Below, piece by piece: positions 41,101-54,500 of a stretch of DNA of 64,000 nt (position 1 is the first letter of the stretch; every line of letters begins with the position of its first letter). The notes under the pieces are model-generated. The model was not told the DNA's origin, did not search any database, and was given only the letters and a program-made list of their open reading frames with translations. Both the position numbers and the translations under genes were made by a program. Origin of the DNA: Octopus vulgaris (Eukaryota); the NCBI GenBank assembly GCA_951406725.2, contig OX597818.1:92504001-92568000 (forward strand), given 5' to 3'.

Positions 41101-44013
41101 TAGCAGACAAAATCCTTGCCAGAATACTCATCAACAGACTAAATGCTCACTAAGAGCTCTACCGACATTGTTTTTGTTCTCATCAAATGCCAAAATTGAT
41201 AATGAAGTTGATAACATACTGGCCAATGCAAACAGTAATTTCAACAGTCTGTACAATGGTCCGCTGAAGAAAATGACTGGAAACATTGTAAACACACAGT
41301 CGTGTAAGATTGAGAGTCGTAGATCATTTATTTGTGCCCCTAAAAACCCCTTGTGTGGCTTCATCAGCGCTATCTTCGATTCATCCGCAGCATCCACTGG
41401 AGTGACTTTGTCAGCACTGAGGTCCCAGAACAGACAAAGAATCTGCCACAACGAAACAACTCTGCTGAAGGCACAGTTACCTTGGGCAAGGATGGAGTAT
41501 CATCGACTTTCTAATATCAAGCTCTATGGCTAACTTTCCTCTGGTTACTGTGATAGAAGAGTACCAAAGAAGAAGTTCAAAGTCTCCCTGAAGGAATCAC
41601 TTATTGCCTGCCACATTAATCCCCACCTGTGTCCTGTATTTGTCGCTGACTGTGAAGCCTGACATCTCATTCTGCTCTGGACAACAACCATTTTTGTGGA
41701 CACTCGCAGAACCATCGAGAGAAAATGAGGGAAAACAAGTATACTACGACCAATTCTAGCCAACCAACCCTCCAGTGTAGTCTTTCTGATCATGCCTGCT
41801 TGTCTCGAATTGGACTCGTTTGACATAAGCAAGCCTGAAAAAGACGTGAACATCCCACTCCGTACCTCTTCGTACACAAAGCCAATCCAGGATACGGACC
41901 GAAACTGTTTGTTTACGAAGTGATTCCCAAAACAAACACAATTTTATGAATTTTTCGCAGAATATCTACCTAAACTTGATATCAAATCAAAATGTAATAC
42001 TCTAAGTATATTTAGTTCTTCTTTATAACATCAATGACGTGGTATCCCTATATTAGAGCTTAATAACAATATTTGAAGGTTTATTACAACTGTAGAGTCC
42101 ATTTAATTTAGATAATAGTCCTTAAGATATCTTACTTCAAGATAAATACTACAGTAACTGGTCTATGCGCTATGCATGATACATAGAAACATTTTAAGGC
42201 GTAGGCAGGCTGTGTGGTAAGAAGTTTGCTACCTAACTACATGGTTTCAGGTTTAGTTTCACATATATACGGTATATATATATATGTGTGTGTATATATA
42301 TATATATACACACACACACACTCACACATGTTGAAAAGATAAAATTACATCAATTATTTTCATGTATTGTTTTCTTATTAATATTACTATTGTCCTAAAA
42401 CTAATATTCTTGTTTTCACAGTATAATTTCGTAACTCCATTAACATCAATGGTTATTACCAAATACAATGTGAACGAGGAACTCTTTGAGAAAGGTAATT
42501 TTATCATTCATACCATTTTAATGACAAGCTCCTGTGGTCATGATAACGAAATATTTAAACTGAGATGACTTTAATATATACGTCTTGTTGAAATGAATTT
42601 GTTATGATTGTTTAAATTACAAAATCTAAAATTATATATTATAGGTTTTATGTTTTGTTTTGTTTTTATCTTGCTTTGGGTTTTTTTAGATTTTGTAAAT
42701 GCGTCGGTTAATTCATAAAATACGATGAAAGTTTTTATGTGATATGTTTGATAAATTATCCAACATTCTGCTTTTAAACTTTTAAAATTTGTAATAAATG
42801 CACAAGATAACACGAAATTTCCGATATATAGATTTCAGAACATAATAAGCATAAATTTATTCATATATATAATATCTAGAAAATTACATTATTGTTTATA
42901 TACTTTAAGCAACGTACAGTAACGTTTAAAGTATTATCTATAAACCTCACCATAGCTACAATCACATCAGTGTACCACTGTTCTTCTCTACGCTTAGGGT
43001 ATGATTGTCATAAGGACATCTTTGAATGTTCCTTTGGTTCATCTATGAAATCTTGTTGAAAGTCATAAGCAGAGATCATAGATATTATCACATTGTGTCT
43101 GGGTATAAATATATAACTGAAGAAAGCTACCAAATAGATAGGCATGGCAACTTAAACCAGCTCAAGGGATCGTGGTTACAAACAGCAGGTTGCTTCTCTA
43201 CAATACATAACCACTCTATCCACATCTCAACGATCTATCTCATCAAATTTATGTTCATCATATCAAACATTGACAGCAGTAAAGTCTGACTAACGACTGA
43301 GAGATAAGCGACTTAATAGTATTGGAATAAAAAATTGATGGTTTTCAATAATGTTAGATTCATAAATCCTCCTTCACAATTTCTTTATTTCTCCTCTATT
43401 TTTCTTTTATGACCATTGCGCTCCTTTCTTAATGAAACTTCTCTGAAGCGGAAAAGAAATATAGTTGATGATAAGATATAACTGAATTATACTTCCTGCG
43501 CAATGTAGCAAAGACTAATTACGTAGTATATTCTAAAAATACATAATACTGCATTAATCGTATTTTAGACTGATCCGGCAAACATTTTTAGAATAATCGC
43601 TATCTTAGTATGTAACATGTTGTACACCCAAAATAAGGAAATCTTGTTATTGTTAAGTCCTCAATCGAAACCAGCAAGGAAAACAAACAGGTCTATACAA
43701 TTCAGTTATATATTGAAAAATAGGATAAAGTTTACAATGATGGCAGTACAGAGTTGATGCAAAATAAATGAATCAATAGTCAAATACTGGACAAAGTAAC
43801 ATAATCACCAGAGTCATGAGTCAAACAAGAAGATGTAGGTTCTTGATCACAGTGATTTCAATGTCGATGATGACGGTTGACGAATGGTCTTGGCTGCGAG
43901 CGTAGTTTTAAAAGCTATATAATCCAAAGTCTAAAATAATAATTTCTCTGATCCGAGGGAAACAAACAGGAGGTAACTCTAAGGCATCACTTTTTTCTTT
44001 GAGATTAATTGGT

Positions 44014-44079
<66 letters not shown>

Positions 44080-45201
44080 TATATAGTGACTTCACTGGTT
44101 CACAACCATTCAATGGGGTAAACATTTTCAATCCAAAGATAACTAAAACTTTATTATTACAATATCATAATTAAGAAAAATACATTCTCATAACATTATA
44201 TCTATGCAAGTATTTAAAAAATGGTGAAACCACTTTCTCTTCTAGTACAGTTTTCTTTATATTTTATTATTTCATGGCATAAATTATATTTTGAGATTAA
44301 TCATAAGTTCAATTTTCATATTTCTCTTCCTTTGCAGAATACCTTCCTTCACGTAAGTATGTTCAAATTTGGATTGCTTGAAACTCGAATAATATTATTA
44401 TCTCTTTCATTCATAAATCAATTTAAGTCATTTATAAAACAGACAACTTATTTTATTTCAAGTTTGTAGCTTAAGATTTTTGCTTGTTCATCTTTATTTT
44501 GCTTTTTTGCATGTATTTTAGTTGTAACAGTCATGAAGCACAAGACCAGCTTTTATAGGGAAGTGGTATCGGAAAACCAATTAACTCTAGTGTATTAATG
44601 GAACTTATTATATCGAGCCGGTGGAGATATTAGATGAAGTTTACACTATAGACTCGGTTGATAGCCAGATACAACCTTTTTTACATAGACCCACAAATCA
44701 GCAATGTAGGGAAACTGAAGTAAACCGTAAAAGACTAGTTCATAACACTACGCATAATTTGCATAATTAAGGCTGTTATCAACTAAATTGAAGCTGTGCT
44801 TGTAGAGTTAAATTCTGAACAGGCATTCTGGGCCGAGGTCTTTCGGTAATTGTTCATAATTCTTTAAAGTCCACTGAAAGAGGTGACTGAAGCAACACCG
44901 TGGTCGAAGTCGAGAATTTCTCCAGTGTCAGCCATACACTCATGTAACCCAGTAAGAATGAAAAGAAGAAGAAGAAGAAGAAGAAGAAGAAGAAGAAGAA
45001 GAAGAAGAAGAAGGAGGAGGAGGAGGAGGAGGAGGAAGAAGAAGAAGAAGAAGAAGAAGAAGAAGAAGAAGGAGGAGGAGGAGGAGAAGAAGAAGAAGAA
45101 GAAGAAGAAGAAGAAGAAGAAGGAGGAGGAGGAGGAGAAGAAGAAGAAGAAGAAATAGAAGAAGAAAAAGAACAACAACAACAACAACACTAACTACTAC
45201 A

Positions 45202-45236
<35 letters not shown>

Positions 45237-45315
45237 AAGAATGTCTTTGTCCTAGTTGTCAGGAAGACATTTGGCAAGGATTAGAAAGAAAATTGTAATA
45301 AGAAAATCCATCATC

Positions 45316-45347
<32 letters not shown>

Positions 45348-45511
45348 TCTTTCTACTAAAGGCACAGGGCCTGAAATGTAGGGGAGGGGACTAGTCGATT
45401 ACATAGACCTCAGTGCTTCACTGATACTTAATTTATCGACCCCAAAAGGATGAAAGGTAAAGTCGAATTCGGCAGAATTTGAATCGTAATAATAATACTT
45501 TATAATTTTTC

Positions 45512-45545
<34 letters not shown>

Positions 45546-48500
45546 GGAAAGCCATAGAAACACTAATATGGGCCAGTTTAGCAACGGGGAAAAATAACTC
45601 TCAAAGAATGGAACATCTACAATACCTCGTGAGTATTTGAAATTCTCTTCAAAGTGGGTTAAGAAATTTACAAATTTACATATCTGCAGCTTTCAAACAT
45701 ACATCCGATCGGCTTTAAAAACTTTAATACCCACAACTGCCTCTGTAAGCACCTTTTTTTTTTCTCTCTAAAAACATCACGCTTTTCTTTTTGTGGACTT
45801 GCAAAACCCTAAAACTTTCTATGAAAATCTGACTTTTCTTTGCTTCCTCCCAGAATATTCAAATATAAATGTAAACATATACTTTTTATTGCAAAAACAC
45901 ACCTGTTCTTCTAACTGGACATACAAACATCTCTAGAGGGGTCAACTTCAACCTCCACAATATTACCTTGCACGAAATATACAAACACTTTTTATTGCAA
46001 TAACACAAACGCACATGGAAAAAATAATGATGCTAAGATTCTCTCTGGTCGAACACAGCTTCTCTATTCACAAATAATACAGAACAGCCCTTCAAAATAA
46101 GTTAAGAAAATTTACAAATTTACATATCTACAGTTTTCAATCATACATTCGACCAGCTTTAAAAACTTTGATACCCACAATTGCCTCTGTAAACATCCTT
46201 TTTTTTTCTTCTCTCTAAAAACATCACGCTTTTCTTTTTGTGGACTTACAAAACCCTAAAACTTTCTATGAAAATCTGACTTTTCTTTGCTTCCTCCCTG
46301 AATATTCAAATATAAATATAAACATATACTTTTTATTGTAAAAACACACCTGTTCTTCTAACTGGACATACAAACATCTCTAGAAAAGTCAACTTCAACC
46401 TCCACAATATTACCTTACACGAAATATACAAACACTTTTTATTGCAATAACACAAACGCACATGTAAAAAAAAATGATGATGCTAAGATTCTCTCTGCTC
46501 AAACACAACTTCTCTATTCACAAACAATACAGAACAGCCCTTCCTTAATTTTTCTTAAGCCTAATAGTAGTAAACATCTGAACTTTTTTTGACCGATAGG
46601 ACCCCCACCTAAAAAATTAAAAAAATAAAAATTTTTTAAAAATAAAATTAAAAAAAATATCACTGATGGTGATGGTGATGATGGTGGTGATGATAATAAT
46701 GATAGTAACAGTGCTGATAATCTATCTATCTATCTACACACACACACACTCAAAGAGTTCAACCAACACAAAACCTCACCTCGGCTCTATTGTTAACCAA
46801 ATATGAAAGTATTATTTGACAGGCAAGAACTCTGGCATTGAAGACAGTCAGCCAGCCAACCACCAAGCCAGCCAACGAGACAGACAGACACTACTGTGAT
46901 GGTGATGATGATAAAAAATAACAATAATAAGATACTGCTGTGACTACACATAAAACAATATCATTGATGATGATGATGGTGATGGTGATGATGATAATGA
47001 TGATGGTAATGGTGGTGATAATGATGATAGTGATAATAATGGTGATGATAATAACAAGAATAAGCCGACTACGGCTGCTATAATGGTACGGTTATAATTG
47101 TAACGGCAATGATGGCCGTCTCCCCACGAGCCAATCAAAGCTAAAAAATGATAACATTATCGTAGCACCAAAATGTTTTTGGAAACTAAAAGGAAAACTA
47201 AATCAGTATACCAAATCGCTTGTCCTATGGTTAATCTGGAAGCGCGTCCCCCAGGGAAGAGCCAGCCTGGGATCAAAAAGTCATCAACTGGCACAAACTC
47301 TTCTCCGAATACGGACATGGATGGTCACTTGAACGGGAAATCCCCCAACTCGAGCCCTCCAAGTTCACCACCACAACCACCACAGAAAGAAAAACGTAAG
47401 CGGAACAAATGGACCCGAGAAGAGTATAAAGAAGTAATATACGCCTATTACAATGCATTATGTAGGCCATCTCAAGAGAGACACACCGCAAACTCTTACA
47501 GTATATGGAGAACACGGAATCAAGGCAGTAGGCCCTATTTGGACGAGAACAAATTAGCAAATGTGAGGAGGGATATCCTTAGAAATAACAGACTCACAGA
47601 CAGTGAAATAAGCGCGATCAAGCACGCAACGGAAAATGACATAAATATAAGACACAAAGGAAATGAAGAATCAGATGAACAGTATAGCCCGCCACGAGGC
47701 TTAATTGAAAGACTGCCATCTGACCAAAGTACGCAAAGGCCTGAAGATACAAGAAATTCTATTGTACCTGTTAAAGATAGCCAGGAAAACGAAAAAACAA
47801 CAGTAACTGAAGATCTCGCATTTGCTGAAGAACACAGAGAGTCTATGGCAGAAATGAGGCAGAAAATCCTGAATACGCTTGAAGTTGTAAGACATACAAG
47901 TATGAATGATAGAGAACCACTTCATAAACTCTCAAATACAAACCAAAATAAAAAACAAATCCAAATTGGCAACTATGTAACAAATGAAATAATACGAGAA
48001 TTAAAACCTGATTTTACTGAGTTAAATGAAATTATTTACGCTTCTGCTAGGGCAATTGAAACCAGCTGTATGCCCCCGAAAAAAACAAAGAAAACAAAAC
48101 CTGGGAAGAAATCAAGCCTGGAGAAGTAAAATTGAAAAAGAGATTGAATTTATGAGAGGGGAAATATCAATACTAAATTAACTAATATGTGGAAATGATG
48201 TAAGATCCAGAACAGGAAGAAAGATGAAGAGAAAATTTGGATCCTCACCAAGAGAAGAACTGATATCAATAAAAGAAACGCTGAAACAAAAAGTCCAAGC
48301 AAAAGCCCAAAGAATACGAAGATTTGAGAAGAGAAACAAGTTTTACAAGCAAAATAAGCTGTTCACATCCAATGCCAAAAAATTCTACAGAGAAATAGGG
48401 AAGGAGAAAGTAACCGTTAAAGACCCCCCCTCCCATGGAAGAAGTTCAAAACTTTTGGAAAAGGATTTGGAGTGACAAGAAGATGTACAACATAAATGCA

Positions 48501-51500
48501 GACTGGATTATACAAACTGAAGGATCCTACCAAAATTTACAACAAGCATGGGAAGATATCACAATAGCAGACCTAAGAAAGGCACTCACGAAGGCCCATA
48601 ATTGGAAATCCCCCGGTAAAGATAGGGTGCCGAATTTCTGGCTCGCATCGCTCCCATGCGCACACGGTAAGCTAGTTCAGCTGCTCAATGGAATTATGAG
48701 AGACCCAAAGAAAACACCTGAATGGTTAGCAAGTGGCATTACTTACCTACTCCCAAAGAATAACGAAACCAACCTTCCAAAAAACTATCGGCCTATAACC
48801 ACGTATATCCACCACGTATAAAATCCTAACATCTATCCTGGCGGAGAAAACATATGCATTCATGGAGAAGAACGATATTTTCCCCATTGAACAAAAAGGG
48901 TGCCGCCGAGGCTCTTACGGATGCAAAGATCAACTGCTAATCAATCGTATGATCCTTGAGAACTGTCACAACAAGCGCAGAAATCTCAGCACCGCATGGG
49001 TTGACTATAAAAAGGCCTTCGACAGTATACCGCATCCATGGATCTTGAGATCGCTGGACATCTTCAAAATTTCCCCTGTGATTTCAAACTTCCTGAAGCA
49101 CAATATGTCGTTGTGGAATACGAATCTCCAATTATACCACTCTAATGGAGTACTTGCCTCAGAAAATATAAACATCAACTGTGGAATTTTTCAAGGTGAC
49201 TCACTTTCACCTTTAATATTCTGCATAGCCCTAATACCCCTTACAAGTGAATTAAACAGAACAGGGTATGGGTATAAAATTGCCAATAAAAAAATAAGCC
49301 ATCTATTTTATATGGATGACTTAAAACTTTATGGTAAAGACAATAATGAACTTGAAGGCCTATTGCGCACCGTGAAAGCATTCAGCGATGACATCGGGAT
49401 GGAGTTTGGACTTGAGAAGTGTGCCAAGGCCACTTTCCAGAAAGGGAAAGTGAAGACCACAAATTCAGTCGTGTTAGATGTTGACACAGTCATAAGAGAG
49501 CTTGAGCAAGAAAAAACATACAAATATTTAGGGATAAATGAAGGCTCTGGTATTCAGCATGCAAGCATGAAAGAGAAGATCAGGAAGGAATGTTATAGGA
49601 GAGTTCGTGCAGTCCTGAAATCTGAACTAAATGCACGTAACAAGGTGTTAGCTATAAATTCCTTAGCAGTTCCAGTTGTTACTTATAGCTACAATGTGTT
49701 GAACTGGAATATGAGTGAAGTAAAGAATATAGATAGGAAAATACGCAAGCTGCTGAGTTGTAATAGGATGCACCACCCAAAGGCAGACGTAGATCGCCTT
49801 TACCTTCCCAGAGCCCAAGGAGGTCGAGGCCTGATCCAATTTGAACTAGCTTACAAAACAACCACAATTGGACTGGCCAAATATCTCGAAATATCGAATG
49901 ACTGGATGCTAAAGCTCGTGGAAAATCACGAGAGACGAAAGAAGCTTCATTCTATTATAAAGGAAAGCAAAAATTTTGCTATTGATCTCGTGCAGGATAC
50001 CCAAACTGAACAACCCGAGGGAAGTATGGCAACTATTGTTGCAAAGAAGGTGAAAATGATGGCAACGAAAAAAGCGCACGAGCAATTGGCTGATAGGTGT
50101 GAGGAGAAATCTCTGCACAGCAAATATGTGACCCGCAGCAAACAAGCTGATGTTGACCAGAAGCAAACCTATCAGTGGCTACGGAGCTCAGGGCTAAAAG
50201 CAGAGAGCGAAGGTTTCATCCTGGCTGCTCAAGATCAAAGCCTATTAACCCGGAACTACCAGGCCAATGTGATGAAAAATGGAGCAGACCCAAAATGCCG
50301 ATTCTGCAACGACATGATTGAAACAGTGGACCACCTAATCTCTGGATGTAAAGTCTTATCACCAGTGGAGTATAAATTAAGACATGACAGAGTTGGCCAA
50401 TATCTCCACTGGCTAATAAGTCGGCATTACAATATCAAAACTGCCGACAAGTGGTATAATCACCACCCTGAGGTTGTAACTGAAGGAGAAAATGTAACCA
50501 TTCTGTGGGACTTTCCAGTACATACAGACCGAACCATCAAGGCCAATGAACCAGATATTGTTGTGAAAGACCAAAACAATAAAGTTTGCTTATTGATCGA
50601 CATGAGCATCCCCTGTGATCATAATATCTCAGCGAAAGTGTTTGACAAGCTCAGAAAATATAAAGACCTACTCATTGAAATTGAGAAAATGTGGCATCTC
50701 AAGGCGGTTACAATACCAGTGATCGTAGGAGCACTAGGAATGATCAAGAAGGGAACCGAAAATTATATGAGAATGATCCCTGGCTTACCATCCCTGCAAG
50801 AAGTGCAAAAGATTGTCTTAACTGGTACATCACATGTATTGAGAAGAGCATTGTCGATGTGAGAACTGTTGCTGCTCATGTATTTTAATTTAAGCTAAAA
50901 AAAAAAAAAAAAAAATTAACGAACTATTGAGTTTGGTTTAATGGCCTACCAATGTATACTATGAGTTTCTTTGCCCTTGGAGTCGGGAAGACACTCGGCA
51001 AGAAATGGAAGCAAATTTGAAAGAAGAAAAAAAAACAATAATAATAATAATAATAATAATAATATTGATAGTAATAATAATAATGATGATAATGAACCAA
51101 ATGAGAGTGATTAGGAGGAAGGGATACTTAACTAGAGTAGAAATATCTCGGATTAGTGAGAGTCTGAGGGACCTGCGGATGGGCTACAAAATATGGTCGG
51201 AGTTGAAAACAGTGAAAAGAGTAGAAGGAAGAGGGGAATGCTGATGGGGCTGTTAAGGATGAAGAACAGGAATGTTATACGGTGAACCCTGATACTGTGG
51301 AGGGTGGACTTGTAGGGGAAATGAACCAAATAGATAATGAATTGCTTGAAATTCAAAAACGGCCCATCGAGTTGAAGAGTGCTTCAAAAGAAAAGATCCT
51401 CATGAATATGTGAAGGGTAGATAGGAGTATGATAAATAAAGTAACACAAACGATAAATACTGTCATACCATACATCAAGACGGAGGGCATAACAGAAGCT

Positions 51501-54500
51501 ATTGCGCTACTTGTTGAAGAGAAATTACAATTTAAGAGAACAAAAATGGTGGAGCAAAAGAACCAAGGTGGAAACGACGCATTGAAAGGGACATAATGAC
51601 TTAGTGGCTGACAATAAGTGCATCTCTGGTCAGGAGCAGAGGTAGTGGAGGAGCATCATAACCATGTGTTGAGAGGACTTCTTTGGGGTTTGAATAATCC
51701 ATCTCTGGAAACATAAGTGTTATGGTCATCATCTTTAAACAAACCTTATTCAGGAACCTTTTAAGCGGGGTGGACTACTCGATCTGAAGAAAATTCTAAC
51801 TGCAAGGTCATGCGTTGTTTATCTTGATATGAGATCACATTTTCGTGCACATATGGCTGTGATGCATGTGCCTGATGTACCCTTATCATACGGGTAGTCA
51901 TGATGGGTCTATTGGGCTTCGTACAATATCCAGCAGTTTAGTTTTTATTTCCCTATGTACATTGACAAATCCCAACAATGAATGACAACAAATACAAAAC
52001 TTTATATCAAAATTCTATTATATTTAGAAGAAACCCAAGCCAAAAAAACAAACCTCTATGAGGTCGAATTGTTTGCAAAAATTTGTGTCGAATTGTCTGC
52101 AAAATATTGTGTCGAATTTGCCAAATTCACACGATATTTCTTTCAAATGTAGGTATAATGTTTTCGTAGAATATCGCGTAATATTGGCTTTTTTTTTTAC
52201 TTAAATCAGAGAATATAGCACCGTAGAAATAAGTTCCAGTTTGAAGTACATAGACATACTCGACGGAATTTCATTCTTAAAAGAATAGCTGAGTAATACG
52301 TAATACCTAATCTATCTCTTCTGATAAAATAATTAGATACAGTTGATCAGGAGGCTCATCTGCAATAATCAGGGATCTTTAATCCTAAACCAACTATACA
52401 ATATTGTTTATATGTAATGATTATTCTTCAAATATATGTGAAAATAATTATTTATATATTTCGCATTTTCATATCCCTATAATATGTTTATTGCTTTTTT
52501 CAGGATTTGAGAATCAAGGTAAGTAGATAATTATTTCATAATATATTTAAATTCATAATGCTGCATTTAATTTTTAAAATTCATCAAAATTTATAAGTAA
52601 ACAAGCCTGATTATGGGGTTAACAAACTCGCTATGCAACCGCGTAGTGAGACTGAACAATTTTTCGGGTTCAGCCCCACTGCACGGTACCTTGTGCAAGT
52701 GTCTTCTACTATAGTCCCAGGTCGGTCAATGCCATGTCAGTGAATTAGATAGAAGGAAACTCTAAAAATATGTCTTTCTATCTGCATTTGTCCCCACCAC
52801 AGCTTGACAACCAGTATTGTTTTCTTTTCATCCCTGTAACTTAGTCGTTTGGCAAAAGGGTCGATAGAATAAGTAGTAGACTTTAGAATAATCAATGGGA
52901 TCAATTTGTATTTAATTCCTCTTTTAAGTCAGTGCTCCAGTACGGTTGGAATTCTATGAGTAAAACAAGTAAAAGCCAAAATATGAATCAGCATATACCA
53001 AAAGACACACTTGTATCTATGGCCCATTGAATAGAAATGAAGATTCTCTTGTCTTGGCTGAAATACAGCTGAAGATCTTTTTGTGAAAGATCTGCAATGG
53101 TTTTCTGAAAATTTTTAAACTTTCAAAGGGATCTCGAAGTCCTATCGTTTGAATAAAAGAATATATTTATAATTAAGTGAAATACATTTTAATATTTTAC
53201 ACGTGAAAAAAAGAAGGTGCCAAGCTGACAGAATCGTTTGCGCGCCAGGCAAAAATGTAATGAGTTATGAGCCCAAAATTTGGTCCCCCTTGTTCGGGTC
53301 TTTTCTCAACAACATCATAACTCCACGGGTCATGGCGTTGAGAATTCCCCCGTTCTCCTCCCAGCTGATGTAGACATGCACCACAACGAATGAGGCATCT
53401 GCACATGCACATGATGTTGCTACAAGCCTCTGAAATCGAGTTAACGCGTGCTGTAGGTATGCGTCAGGGCGGATGAACAGAGAATCCTTTTCAAAAATTT
53501 CCCTTTCCTCTCAGGATAATGAAGGTGAAGTTAAGTAGTTTGTGTCTTGTTGTAGAGCACTGATCTCCAGATAACAGTTGGGTCTTTGAAAAAAAGTGAA
53601 AAAACTCCTGCCTAATATTAGTCCCAGAAACTATGTCTCAATGGCCGCTCGGAATGAGTTATTATGTATATGAATACAATAAAGCCAATCTTTATTCTGA
53701 AGATTATTTAGTCAAGATGGAACGATTGTGTTCATCTTCTGGCAAAATAGTAAAACGCAGTTGCTCAGAAAATTCTAAATAATTGTATCTGACACCACTC
53801 TTTTATTTAGTTATTTATTTATTGTTATAACAATAACAAAAAACAAAAGCCAGAAAAATTTTTTGTTGCAGTGTCCATCCTCGCCAGTCACCTACCTTTC
53901 AACAAAATTGCTGGAAGGAGGGGGCAGTACTTTCCTCTCCACCCTCACCTTTTCAAGTCTAACTTGAAAATAGTCGATGAGGATTTGGTCTAAGGGGAAA
54001 GTATCTTCCTTCAGTCCTTCCAACCTCGTCCATCATACAACCTCTTTCGTCATAACTACCACATAGAAGAAAACTACTTTCCCTTCCCGGCTAAAAGAAG
54101 GCAGCAGAGCGATCTTCTCGGTGGAATCGGCTGATAACCGGATCTGTCCTACATACATCAGGAACTGTTCGAGAAAACTCCGTCAGACAGCAGTACCTGG
54201 ACACTGGACGAATCCATGCAGACCGATTTCGTCACTCTGCGCTAATCTCAGTTCTTGTCCACTTGGAGGTCTGGACAAAACTAGACCCCAAGCAATTTAA
54301 GCGGTCTTTTCGTCCATCACCCCACGACACTGTTGTTTAGCATAGCTCTGCTTCCCCAGATGCCGAGCTGCAAACTTCTTTTTAATCTTTACTCCTGTCA
54401 CCGCTTCGTACTTCCTTAAGTTAGTACTGATCACCTTGATTTCCGAAATATTCGACACTTCTACAGTGACGTCCACCGCATAAGCCGAAGCAAACATTCT

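Noticed and set aside
44864-45190. Poly-Arg/Lys/Glu and poly-Phe/Leu ORFs
   Set aside because: Trinucleotide microsatellite.
48862-50862. 666-aa ORF as a host gene or active element
   Set aside because: It is the RT-RLE part of a retrotransposon whose upstream ORF has frameshifts and a stop.
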